A stretch of DNA of 64,000 nucleotides from Octopus vulgaris (taxonomy: Eukaryota), in the NCBI GenBank assembly GCA_951406725.2, contig OX597838.1, forward strand, positions 13,144,001-13,208,000. Direction: 5' to 3'. A model generated the notes under the pieces. That model saw only the letters and a program-made list of their open reading frames with translations. It was not told the DNA's origin and did not search any database. This document shows positions 1 to 11,967 of this stretch, piece by piece; position 1 is the first letter of the stretch; every line of letters begins with the position of its first letter. The position numbers and the translations under genes are program-made.

Positions 1-28
1 GTAACCAGAGTTGCTGGTGCACCACTTC
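1..28 (-). CDS. Partial coding exon of unidentified minus-strand gene (EVVHQQLWL..., runs off window)
   Basis: Minus-strand acceptor ctcctcttctgcctctgtAG with a strong pyrimidine tract; phase 0, matching the phase-0 donor of the 709-820 exon; open in that frame to the window edge. Confidence 0.6.
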
Positions 29-169
29 CTACAGAGGCAGAAGAGGAGGGTGCAGGTAGGGGGGATACACAGAAGGGAAGATAAAGATATACATGTGTGT
101 ACATGTGTATGTACACCTATATACATATGTGTGTGTAAGTATGTATGTATGTATGTATGTATGTATGTA

Positions 170-236
<67 letters not shown>

Positions 237-708
237 CTGGGAATGGAATGTAAGGTAAAAAGATTTAATATATCTAAATGAAATATTACACCAGGTATCT
301 TTTTTTTTGTCTTTCAACTTTTTTAAAAAGATTATGGCAATTATTTTAATTTTATTTTACATTCTTATCCAATCTTTTATATATATATATATATATATGG
401 AGAGAGAGCTGCTTAGACAAGTTCCTCTTCTCAAGGCTTCCCCCACCCAACATTTTTTTCAGGAAGGCCTACCTTGAACTACAAGTATTTTTATGCACAG
501 AAATAGGTGCACACGCACACACATTCATGCATGTACACTTACGCATACCTTTTTTTATAAGCACCAAGTATTATTATATGCACACAAACAAGCACCTCTA
601 CATATACATGTATACATATTTAAATTTATATATCCATGAGTGTCGCACAACCTGCAATTATGTCGACATGTGAGCTTTCTGTATCATTATCATCATCATC
701 AACATCAC

Positions 709-820
709 CTGAAATTCCATCTGAATATTCACCAGTTCTTCATAATCTTCATCATCATCATCATCGTTTACATCAGCAGCATGAAGTTCACACCTTGATG
801 TTGGTATGATGTTGAAGTAC
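709..820 (-). CDS. Internal coding exon of unidentified minus-strand gene (YFNIIPTSRCELHAADVNDDDDDEDYEELVNIQMEFQ)
   Basis: catgttgcAG|...CAG|GTgatg boundaries; 112 nt, phase 2 in and phase 0 out; joins in frame to the exons on both sides. Confidence 0.65.
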
Positions 821-1239
821 CTGCAACATGTGTGATACTAAATATGCATGTGTGTGTGTGTGTGTGTATGTGTGTGTGTGTGTGTGTGTGATAACACATA
901 CCTACAATATTGCTGCAGTATATTCCAATATACACATAACATAGACACAGGCATGTGTGTGTGTGTAATTATATATACATACAAGACCAAAAGAAAGATA
1001 AGATATACATGCATACTTCCTATCAAATACACATGCATTCACCTGCTTGCTCACATATACACACTTTTTTCCTTGCTTATACACAGATACACACACTCTT
1101 TGAGTATATGAAGGGCTTGAAAGTTCCTTTACATTCCATTCTGTTTTGATCAACGCAAGCCCTTAATTCAGAACCTCTCAGACATCAAGAGCATTTGTGC
1201 CACATATCTCAATGTGTGCGCACACTCTCCTGTACACAC

Positions 1240-1367
1240 TACCCTGATGTAATCTCCAGGGGTACAGGCATCCAGCAACAGGACCTCTGTAATGCTATGA
1301 TGGACTGTGAAGTCTGGCGTAGCATGGTAAATTCCATTGTCTCGACCATGGTCGAACAATGATGATG
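1240..1367 (+). mobile_element. 3' end of an RTE-like LINE (ORF C-terminus YPDVISRGTGIQQQDLCNAMMDCEVWRSMVNSIVSTMVEQ*, then TGA-repeat tail)
   Basis: Translation resembles RTE ORF C-termini (…M-D-R/C-E-x-W-R…); ends in TGATGATG; 5'-truncated. Confidence 0.6.
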
Positions 1368-1652
1368 TGTGTGTATGTACAGATACATACTTATATACAG
1401 ACACCCTTATACACAGGCACACACATACATGAACTGTGCTAGTTGTTGGTTGTTAACCCCAGGTCAACCTTGGTCAAGCAGGCCTTTAATCAAAGGCAAT
1501 CTACCCCTGACAGGCTGCATTTTTTTGTTGACAGAATGTATCTTAATACAACATCATCCAATGTGTTATTCATTTTTTTATTGTTAAAGATTAGTGATAG
1601 GGTGTAGTTTGAGGATGGTCTGGCTGCTGTTACTGGAAAATCATATGTCCAC

Positions 1653-1728
1653 CTATAGGCTCTGTCATTGGTGACTGAGGATATTTCATGTGTGTCATTT
1701 TCACCTGGATTGGTTTGGTAAATAAAAC
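1653..1728 (-). CDS. Internal coding exon of unidentified minus-strand gene (GFIYQTNPGENDTHEISSVTNDRAYR)
   Basis: gccctcttcAG|GT TTT...TAT AG|GTggac; 76 nt, phase 1 in and phase 2 out; AG+G gives Arg and joins in frame to 709-820 (…DRAYR/YFNII…). Confidence 0.6.
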
Positions 1729-1736
1729 CTGAAGAG

Positions 1737-1905
1737 GGCACAGGAGTGGCTGTGTGGTAAGTAGCTTGCTTACCAACCACATGGTTCCGGGTTCAGTCCC
1801 ACTGCGTGGCACCTTGGGCAAGTGTCTTCTACTATAGCCTCAGGCCAACCAAAACCTTGTGAGTGGATTTGGTAGACGGAAACTGAAAGAAGCCCGCTGT
1901 ATATA

Positions 1906-1960
<55 letters not shown>

Positions 1961-2169
1961 TGTGTGTCTGTGTTTGTCCCCCTAACATCGCTTGACAACC
2001 GATGCTAGTGTGTTTACGTCCCCGTCACTTAGTGGTTCGGCAAAAGAGACCGATAGAATAAGTACTGGGCTTACAAAGAATAAGTCCCGGGGTCGAGTTG
2101 CTCGATTAAAGGCGGTACTCCAGCATGGCCGCAGTCAAATGACTGTGAAACAAGTAAAAGAGTAAAAGA
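1737..2169 (+). mobile_element. tRNA-derived SINE, family A, near full length
   Basis: Pol III A/B box-like head (tggctgtgtggt…ggttcagtccc), internal (TA)n/(TG)n, 3' (AGTAAAAG)n tail; many copies in the window. Confidence 0.85.
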
Positions 2170-2202
2170 GGAATATTATACTGGAATAATATTGCATCTG
2201 GA

Positions 2203-2233
<31 letters not shown>

Positions 2234-3171
2234 GACTGTGTTGGAGTATTTATGAAATCTTTGCTTTTTGTTTTTATTTATTTTTGTTTGAGTAGCAGAA
2301 TTTTGTTACGTGTTTCGATTGTACATATACATAGATATATATGCGTGTGCATGCACACACACACACACACACATGTATATACACATGCATGCATACGTGT
2401 GTGTATGTGTGCTCATAGTTTCAGAGTAAGTTTTCAACTTTGGTGTTTAGTTGGGAAGAATAGTAGATGGCTGGCTGGCTGGCTGGTTAGTTGGCTGGTG
2501 AGAGAAATGGGGGGGTGAAATGGGGGTAGAGCAAACAGGTACATACAGGTACATACACATACAGATATACATATACAGTACATAGGTTGATGCAAAGAGA
2601 GATAGGTAGAGAGAGAGAGAGAGAGAGAAGACAAAGAGAGATAGCTCAGGTAGAAAGGATGATAGAGGGAGGGATGGAGGGAGAGAGGGAGTAAGACAGA
2701 GAGGGGGGAAATGATGGAGAGAGAGAGAGAGAGAGATAAAGAGACAGTGTGTAGGATGAGCAGGCTTGTGCACACACACACTAACACATAAACATACTAG
2801 CACTCACTCGCTCACTCACATATAGTCACTAGCTCTTGAGCACACACATAGACATATACATAAGCAATGAGAGAGAGAGAGAGAGAGAGAGAAGGATATC
2901 CAAAGAAAGAGAGGAAGAGTGAGAGAGGAGGGGGAGGATGCAGAGCAAGAACTGAGACGGGATAGAGGTAGATAGCATCAAAGAGAAGACAGTTGCGAGT
3001 GTGTGTGTGTGTGGTGGTAGGAAGAGGGTGGGGGAAATAAGAAGTGGAGAATTAGTGAGAGAGGGAGGGTGAGAGGAAGAAAATGAGAAGGTATGTCGTA
3101 GTGAGAGTGGTGGAGAGAGACAGACAGACAGAGAGAGAGAGTGAGAGGTGGAGGTGTGAGGATGTCTGTGA

Positions 3172-3325
3172 ATGGAATGTGCGAGATGTAACGAGGAGCA
3201 TCGGTGCCATTCTGCCAGTGCCATGAATCTAAGTGGTAGCTCCACTTTCCTGGGATTCTCTTTGGGAAATAATATGCAAGGTAGAAGCCACATGGACACC
3301 GAGGAAAAAATACAAAGATTTCTTG
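3172..3325 (+). CDS. Candidate first coding exon of the + strand (paxillin) gene: MECARCNEEH…MDTEEKIQRFL, phase-1 donor
   Basis: Island of unique sequence between microsatellites, open from ATG 3172 to TTG|GTCAGT at 3325/3326; ends L+G in phase 1, like vertebrate paxillin exon 1 (MDDL/D); no partner exon found. Confidence 0.3.
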
Positions 3326-3493
3326 GTCAGTGCTTTTGTCTTATACATGAATACACACACACACACACACACATATATATTTATATATACACATAACACA
3401 CACATGCTGCATATATACATGCTTGTGTGTGTTTGTATGTGTGTGTGTATATATATATATATTATAAATGCACACACACACACACATATATAT

Positions 3494-3538
<45 letters not shown>

Positions 3539-3638
3539 TATATTTATATATACACATAACACACACACACACATGCTGCATACATACATGCTTGTGTGTA
3601 TTTGTATGTGTGTGTGTATATATATATATATAAATGCA

Positions 3639-3740
3639 CACACATACACATAATATATACACATAAAAATCTATACACACCTATATGCACATGTGTATAG
3701 AAATATACACACACACATGCAAGGATATACATATATGTAT

Positions 3741-3772
<32 letters not shown>

Positions 3773-3900
3773 CTCACACACACACATAATACATGTATGT
3801 ATATCCTTGCATGTGTGTGTGTGTATATTTCTATACACAAGTGCATATAGGTGTGTGTGTGTATATAGATTTTTATGTGTATATATTATGTGTATGTGTG
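3639..3900. repeat. Imperfect inverted duplication, ~110-bp arms, within CA/TA-rich sequence
   Basis: cacataatatatacacataaaaatctata…gcaaggatataca at ~3640-3750 is the reverse complement of ~3780-3900. Confidence 0.75.
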
Positions 3901-4321
3901 TATTTCATATTTACATATTACATGTGTAAATCTATATCTGTGTATGTGTGTGCATTTATATTTAGGTATGTGTATATATAGATTTTTATGTGTATATATT
4001 ATGTGTATGTGTATGCATTTATATTTAGGTGTGTGTATATGTATAGATTTTTTATGTGTATATATTAGGTGTATGTGTATATTTCTATATTACATGTGTA
4101 AATTTATAGTTGTGTATGTACATTTATATTTGTGTATATTTTTATGTGTATGTATATTTATGTATGTTCCCATGTATATATATATATATATATGTGTGTG
4201 TGTATGTATTTCTATGTTGGTCATATTTATTTACAAATTATCTACATCTCTGCCTCTATCCCAAAAGCTATTAATAACTTCACTGAAAAGTCTCACTAAA
4301 GTCCCTCTCCTCTTCCCTTAG

Positions 4322-4355
<34 letters not shown>

Positions 4356-4431
4356 GTTGATTTAGATTAAAAAGGAATATACTTTACTCTCTCCTAAGGT
4401 AGCCCTCCACCTTCTCTATGTATCTGTATAG

Positions 4432-4483
<52 letters not shown>

Positions 4484-4616
4484 GTTACCAGTCTTTTTTT
4501 TTTTTTGTTTTGTTATATACACCCTTTCTTTAAAATTATATATATTTTCCCAAACTCTCTGCTGGATTTCTTTATCTCCCTTGTGTCCCCTTCCTTGTTG
4601 TAAACCTTATACTCCA

Positions 4617-4649
<33 letters not shown>

Positions 4650-5519
4650 CTGTATTTAAGTTTCCTAAGGGTTTTACCTTTGTTTTTCCCATTTCTACCT
4701 ATTCCACCCCTTACATTTGCAGTACAATTTCTTCTATTTCACGAGCACTTTTCCACATGCACACACTTCTCCCACCCAACCCCACCCCGTTCTCATTGCT
4801 ACTAATATTGAAGTCCCTTTTTTTTTTTTTTTTTTTTTTAACCCTACCTTAAGATTCTTTGGGTCCATAAAATGGCCAGAATTACCCCCAGTTAATTCTG
4901 AAACTTTTTTTTTTCTGTTTTCTCATTCTTCCTTTTATTTTTTGTTTTTGCAACATCTTAAATAAAAGGGTGAGAGAAAGAGAGAGACAGATAAAGAGAG
5001 ACAGACAGAGAGATAATGATAGAGAGAGAGAGAGAGAGAGAGTGAAATTGAGATAAGGAGACACAGAGAAAGGGAGAAAGATAAAAGAGTTTTTAATTAG
5101 CCGATTTCTTCATTTGACCTTGGTGTCAAGGTTTTTTTTTTTTTACTTATTTTATTCTCTTCAGTTTCCAGATTTTTCTTTTGCATCCATCATCTCTTCA
5201 CTTTTCCTTTCTTTTTCCCTTTTCCTACCTTCTTTCTTTCTTCCATTATTTTCTTTTCCACCACTCTTTAATCATCTTTTTCTTTTCTTTCTTTTCACCA
5301 AATTCTAACCATTTCTCCATGCCAACCTCATCTCCATGTACACCCTTCATCTTTTTCATAAACTTTTTCAATATTAAGTAAATATATTGCTACCCATCTT
5401 ATTCTTCATCTTTTCGCTAGAAAATCTTATTTCTTTTCAAATTTTTCTCTCCTAGATTCTTTCACTCTGCTAGCTTGCCATCTTATGATGCCCGAATATT
5501 AATGTCACTTAAGTGGAGA

Positions 5520-5716
5520 GAGAAGTGAGTCAGGAGTGTTTGAGGGGAAGAAGACTCGGCAGATCTGAGGAACAGAGGCCATTATAGCAGTGATAGGAAA
5601 CAGTGTACCTGTGGGCTTTGGTGACCTCAGTGTTGTTTAGAGTCAATCAATTGAGTACACCCCTGCCACTCTAGATGCAGTCCAGCATGTCTATGTGCAG
5701 AGGGGATGCATCATCC
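5520..5716 (-). mobile_element. Degraded non-LTR retrotransposon ORF2 C-terminal fragment
   Basis: Minus-strand translation gives DDASPLHIDMLDCI* and YHCYNGLCSSDLPSLLP, resembling the WDGA…LDRIQRRA and LFYRYYxGxCSxEL motifs of LINE ORF2 C-termini; stops and frameshifts present. Confidence 0.5.
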
Positions 5717-6023
5717 TTGATATTACCAGCCAATTATTTTTATCAAAGAGAATCTTCTTCCCTAAGTGATAATATAAACAACTTCTGTTGTGTATCTAGG
5801 ACATCTAGGACTACATTATCTTTTTTTTCTTCAGACAGTAAGCTGTGTGGTTTGAGAGAAATTTAGCTGCTATTTATAGCAGAGCAAGTAACTACATAAA
5901 GACTCACCCATTATACACAAGAACGATGTTTTTGCTGATTCATTGAGGAGCAGTATGATTCCTGTAACATTATATAGCATTGGCTGAATGCCAGGGCCTC
6001 ATTGGCCTATGGAGGCATCACAC

Positions 6024-6114
<91 letters not shown>

Positions 6115-6859
6115 ATGGATGAATGAATGAATGAATGGGACTTTGTTAATTTCAGTGATGAAGATACACTCGTTTGATATCATTTGAATTATCTGCTCCT
6201 GAATTAATGCATAGGTGGTCGAGCAGTTGGTGGTGGTGGTGGTGGACTCTCATCTGTCAAACCTCTATTGATCTAATGCTACAAGCCCTGTAGTTATCAA
6301 ATGCAGGATTTGTATGGAGTTACCTTCTGCTAGATAAGCAGTTAAAGACCCAAAAGGCCTCATCTGTCCTAGGTCCATTGGGGTGTCTGTGTATGATCTT
6401 CTCCCTGAGGCAATTCCATGACATGTTAATTAACCTACAGCTAGGTCTCTAACATGTTATACTACTCTGGGTCAGAGTAACCCTGGGAACAGCAGTGGCT
6501 ATGAGGTGGATTCATACTTGTCAAAACCCTAGAATTCTTGAACCAGGGTCCTGCAACTGGATGCAGCTTACAATCATACCCAGAACATTTAGGCACATGA
6601 ACCCTTAATGTAATTCTCAGTTAGAATCAGCATTACAGTATGGTGTGTGACAAAGACTGTACCTCTTGTACAATCTGGCCAAAGGGCTTCCTTACAGTTT
6701 CCATCCACCCAATTTCACTCACAAGGTATGGGTTGAAGCAAACTTCTTAACCATTTGGCCATATTGTGAATATATGAGAGGAATACAATACATGCATACC
6801 TACAGTCACAGCATATCTCAGAGGTCTCGGTCTTCGTCATTTCCTCTGTGAGGCCCTAC

Positions 6860-7191
6860 GTGCCACCGGCACGGGTATCACAACTACAATATCCATATGA
6901 TTTTTATTTTGATGTTGATGAACTTGACACAATAGGTCTCCTCAAGCACAGCAGGCCGTCCTGCAAGCCATGAACTCACTACATTTGTAGGGTCTTTGAA
7001 GTCACAGCATATCTCCAGAGGTCTTGGTCTTTCATCGTAGCCTCTTTGAGGCTCAACGTACGAAGGTCATACTTGACCACCTTGTCCCATGTCTTCCTGG
7101 GTCTACCTCTACCCCGGATTCCTTCAACAGTTTGGGAGTGGCACTTACATCTCTCCTCATCCATCTGTACTACATGACCATACCAACGCAC
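6860..7191 (-). mobile_element. RTE-clade LINE fragment (ORF C-terminus and start of 3' UTR)
   Basis: RWYGHVVQM…VEGIRGRGRPRKTWDKVVKYDL…DLWRYAV is the typical RTE/BovB-like C-terminus; it leads into the ccggtggcacgt motif shared with family C repeats. Confidence 0.85.
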
Positions 7192-7269
7192 CTATAAATA
7201 TGTAGTTTAAGTATATGGATCAAGTAGCATTTATCTTCGCTTCCCTGATGCCTTACATCTTTTATCATT

Positions 7270-7630
7270 TACCTTTTACATGTTTCAATCATTGGGTTGT
7301 GCCCATGCTGGAACATTGCCTTGAAGAGTTTAGTCAAACAAATTGAACCCAGCTGTTATTTTATCAGTTGCTTTAGCCACACTGCTAAGTTACAGAGATG
7401 CAAACAAACCAATATCAATTGTAAAGTGGTGATGGTTGTGGTGGTGGACAAACACACACACACATGACGGGATTCCTCGCAGTTTCTATTTACCAAATTC
7501 ATTCACATGCATTAGTTGGCCGACAGCTATAGAAGAAGATACTTGCCCAAGGTGATGCTCACTGAGGCTCAACCCAAAACTACGTGGTTGCAAAGCAGGC
7601 TTCTCAACAACACGGCTATGTCTGTGCCTG
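7270..7630 (-). mobile_element. Diverged family A SINE
   Basis: Reverse-complement similarity to 1737-2169 (ctatagaagaagatacttgcccaagg etc.). Confidence 0.65.
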
Positions 7631-8974
7631 TATGTGGAATTCAGTAGACGGAAACGTTGTAGAAGCTATCAGGGTTGACTAAAGGTGTGTAGTTACTTAG
7701 CAGAATTTTAAAAAAAGTAACAAAACTTGTTGAAAGTGGATGAGATCTTTGAGAGTCCAACAACCCCTATATCCTGAGGGGGTGATTGCTGTTGCCAAAA
7801 TTACCAAAACCCAACGAAATACTTGGATGGGCTGCTTACTGCTTCATACTCTTGCTTGATGGCACTGGGGTCATTCCAAGTTAGTGGTCCCCGAGGCGTC
7901 ATCACATGCAGAGTTGACCAGGTCCACCAGTGCTCTCCGTCACTGGCAGCCCTGTGCCAGCCCTTCTACATCCTCCAAGATGATGTCAAGACTTGGATGG
8001 GAGTTAGAACAATATTTAATTCCATACTGGAATGGTTGGAACTTGCCCTCACCTTAGACCAAGAGAGGTGGATATAATTAGTAAAAATATTCAGGTACTC
8101 CAATGACAAAAATTTGACTTGTATTCTCTTTCTTGTTCATTGACACCCTCTGACATCTCATCACCTCCATCTCACTTTTTCCATTTGGGGTAGCCATGTA
8201 TCTCCTCTACAGAAAAACACCTGTTCTTGTCCCTATGTCATACTTTTTAACCTCTCATCTAGGACCCTATGGAGGAGGTGGCTGGGGATTGTACCCCTCA
8301 TAATCTTCCCAGGAATAGTGAGTGGAGAAGATGGGTGATCAGAAAATCCACCACGACCTCCACCACCATCACATATGTATATCTTTTTTCTTGTTTACAT
8401 CAGAGAAAGATACAGACATCACGAAGAAAAACATTAAAATGCTGGTGCTTTTTGAATATAGTCCCTTGAGGTAGTTACTTTGCACCAAGTTACACAGACA
8501 CTCCTTTGTCAGGCTCAGCACTACAGAATGCAAACTAATGAGACTATGGTTGATTAATTACAATATAAAATATATATAAAATACATAACTGGTCATCTAT
8601 GTGTCATACTGAAAGTCATGATGCATTAGGTATGATATATAGATGGCTAATTTAATTCAACACTGCTTTGATTCTGTACACCCAGTTTTAGTTCAGCCTG
8701 ACATCTTATCATAGTATCTATAAATTTATTATTCACTCTTTCGTATATCAGAGGTGGGGAAAATGTCATCTAGGCACATGGCTGACTGTGAGTAAACATC
8801 ATTGATAAGGTGCAGCTAGGTTGAAATGCATCTGGTTTCCTCTCTGAGAGATGCTGAGATAATTTTTCATCTACTGCTGATTTGTATTGTGCTTTTGACT
8901 CAGCATGTCCAAATGAGATTTTTATCTCAGATAAAAGCCCAGCATCTTGCCTGTCAACAGTGTATAAACATTAA

Positions 8975-9146
8975 CCCTTTAGCATTTAAACTGGCCATTG
9001 TCCAACCAAAATATTTTACCTGTTTTGGCCTTAAACCAGCCAAATCCTGCCTCTCACAATTACCCTTTATTATCTTTCTAAAAGCAACCAACCATGTCTT
9101 TGGAATCTCAAAGCTGTGAGGTGATGCATGATTGATTCAAAACAAT
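8975..9146 (+). mobile_element. 5' part of a TTAA-flanked piggyBac-like MITE, interrupted by a SINE
   Basis: TTAA|CCCTTTAGCATTTAAA start, same as 21173; the sequence resumes at ~9556 after the SINE. Confidence 0.7.
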
Positions 9147-9554
9147 ACTCTTACTCTTTTACTCTCTTTTACTTGTTTCAGTCATTTGACTGTGGCCATG
9201 CTGGAGCACCACCTTTAGTCGAGTAAATCGACCCCAGGACTTATTATTTGTAAGCCTAGTACTTATTCTATCGGTCTCTTTTGCCGAACCGCTAAGTTAC
9301 AGGGACGTAAACACACCAGCATTGGTTGTCAAGCGATGTTGGGGGGGGGGGAGACAAACACAGACACACAAACACACATACAAATATATATATACAACGG
9401 GCTTCTTTCAGTATCCGTTTACTAAATCCACTCACAAGGCTTTGGTCGGCCCGAGGCTATAGTAGAAGACACTTGCCCAAAGCGCCACGCAGTGGGACTG
9501 AACCCGGAACCATGTGGTTGGTAAGCAAGCTACTTACCACACAGCCACTCCTGC
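9147..9554 (-). mobile_element. Family A SINE, near full length, nested in the MITE
   Basis: Reverse complement of 1737-2169; caat on both flanks. Confidence 0.85.
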
Positions 9555-9589
9555 AATGTGAATAAATCAGCACTACATTTGAGAGAGTG

Positions 9590-9910
9590 AAAGGCAAGTG
9601 GCTTAGTGGTTAGTTCATTTGGCTCAAAATTGTAAGGTCACGAGTTTGATTCCCATTTGCATGTTCACCTTGAGCAAGACACTTCATCTCACGTTGTTCC
9701 AGTCCATTCAGCTGGTAAAAATGAGTTATACCTGTAATTGACTGGACCAGCCCTGTCTCATTTGATATATCATTTTGGATCTCCCTGAGAACAATGTTAA
9801 AGATACATGTGTGTGGAATACTCGGCTACTTGCACTTTAATTTCATGAGCAAGCTGTTTGGTCAGTCTGATCGACTGGAACACTTGTCATTGTAACTGAC
9901 AGTGAGTGCC
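9590..9910 (+). mobile_element. Diverged tRNA-derived SINE
   Basis: gtggcttagtggttag (A box) … gagtttgattccc (B box) head followed by ccttgagcaagacactt core-like sequence. Confidence 0.6.
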
Positions 9911-10059
9911 AACCACATGAAATAAAGTGTCTTGCTCAAGGTCAACACGCAGCTGGGAGTCACTCATGACCTTACAATTGCCAGCCAAATGAACTAACCA
10001 CTAAGCCACTTACATGCCTTCACTCTCTCAAATGTAATGCTTATTTATTCACATTCATC

Positions 10060-10235
10060 ATTATCATCATTTAACGTCCGTTTTCCATGCTAGCATGGGT
10101 TGGACGGTTCAACTGGGGTCTGGGAAGCCAAAAGGCTGCGCCAGGCTCCAATCTGATCTGGCAGTGTTTCTACAGCTGGATGCCCTTCCTAACGCCAACC
10201 ACTCCGAGAGTGTAGTGGGTGCTTTTTACGTGCCA
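10060..10235 (-). mobile_element. Family C repeat (RTE-type 3' UTR with (GAT)n tail)
   Basis: catcatttaacgtccgttttccatgctagcatgggttggacgg…gtgggtgctttttacgtgcca, recurring many times in the window. Confidence 0.8.
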
Positions 10236-10449
10236 GTTTTGAATTAATCATGCAGCATCTCATAGCTTTGAGATTTCAATGGTTGTTTGTTTTTAGAATG
10301 CGAATGGGTTAAGTGTGATATACATAGATGCTTATTACGAGTTAATGTTACTTCCACAGTGTACCCTAGACACTCCGGTCGATAGAGTACCTTGGTCACT
10401 CCAGCGATAGAGTAGCCTGGATTCTCTGTTGATTTATAAATATGGTCAC

Positions 10450-10700
10450 CGTGCCAGTGGCACGTAAAATGCACCATCCGATCGTGGCTGTTTGCCAGCC
10501 TTATCTGGCACGTAAAAAGCACCCACTACATTCATGGAGTGGTTGGCGTTAGGAAGGGCATCTAGCTGTAGAAACATTGCCAGATCAGACTGGAGCCTGG
10601 TGCAGCCTTCTGGCTTCCCAGACCCCAGTTGAACCGTCCTACCCATGCTAGCATGGAAAGCAGATGCTAAACGATGATGATAATGATGATGATGATGATG
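10450..10700 (+). mobile_element. Family C repeat (RTE-type 3' UTR with (GAT)n tail)
   Basis: Same family, opposite orientation to 10060-10235; ends aaacgatgatgat…. Confidence 0.8.
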
Positions 10701-11967
10701 AGTCCTAGCATAAGTTTAAGGCTGCAAACTGTTTTGCAGGAAAGCAATGTAGGCATTATATAAATGTCTGTATTTGACTGCTACTTTTATTTTATCATCC
10801 AGGAAAGATAAACGGTTCAGACGACCTTGGTAGGGTTTGAACTCAGAATGTAAAGATGCAAAGCATTTTGTTAAATATTCTAACAATTCTGCCAGTGCTA
10901 TACCCTTGATTTTTAACATAGTCGCAAACCACAGATTTGGAGGTGTGTATGTGGGGGAGGGGAATAGACAATTAAATTGAATCCAGTACTTCATTGGTAC
11001 TCTATTTTATCAATCCCGGAAGTGTGTAAAGCAAAGTTGCCATTGAAGGGGCTTGAACTTGGAATATGAAGGACCCCAATTAAATAACTGTAGAGTATTT
11101 CATCCTCCTGCAATCATATCAGCATCTGCCATCTAACGAACTTCAAGTTAATTGCAATTACAACTAATTGAAATATCCTAACTTAATTAGCGGGTAGGAT
11201 AGGGGTGGGGTGTGTCTGGTTTGATTGTGGTGGTGGTGGTAATGGTGGCGGTGTTAATGAAATGATTGCAAAGTTCTACCTGTCTTCCCCCCCCCACACC
11301 TAAACACCACTGCAACACCACCACCATCTCCTCCACCACTGTCTGCACCTCACTACACCACACCGCATTTCATTACGTACACCAAACCACACGTTGGTTG
11401 CGGCAGCACCACACCTGACATTCATCCCCCATCCCCCCATGCCCCATCCCACCCGCACCCCCGCTCCACACACCCATCTCGGCTCATCTTACCCACCATT
11501 GCACTCCACCCACACCCCCACACCTTGATTTATTTTGAGGTAGTATTTCCACATTTCTGAACAGCTGAAGTCATTTGATGTGGTAATGGTGGTGGTGGTG
11601 GTAGTAGTGGTGGGGTGGGATGGGATAGAGTGGAGCAGTGGTGGTGGTGGAGCAGTGGTGGCGGTGGAGAATGGCAATGCTGTTTATATTTGCACCAAGC
11701 ACCCTTACTGCCACCCCACCATCGCAGTCACCATCATGAGTAACAACTAGTCCCCTTACATGGCCAACTGACCTGCTAAAAATAGCAGCCAAATCTCAAC
11801 CTATCATATATAGAGAAAAAAATGGAGAAAGACACATTAGATTAAATGATGATATAGTCCCAGACACAGTGTTCTGATGGAAAAAAAAAAAAATGAATAA
11901 GATGGGATGGTCATGGTTGGAATAACTTTGATCTTAGGTTTACTTGATGAATTTTGATCTATGAACA

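Noticed and set aside
1-55. Plus-strand reading VTRVAGAPLPTEAEEEGA ending at CAG|GTAGGG
   Set aside because: The minus-strand interpretation has a strong acceptor and joins two other exons in frame; the plus reading has no support, though it is not excluded
11-4321. Numerous [12 protein letters not shown] ORFs here and throughout the window
   Set aside because: Translations of (TA)n, (TG)n and (CA)n microsatellites; no coding signal
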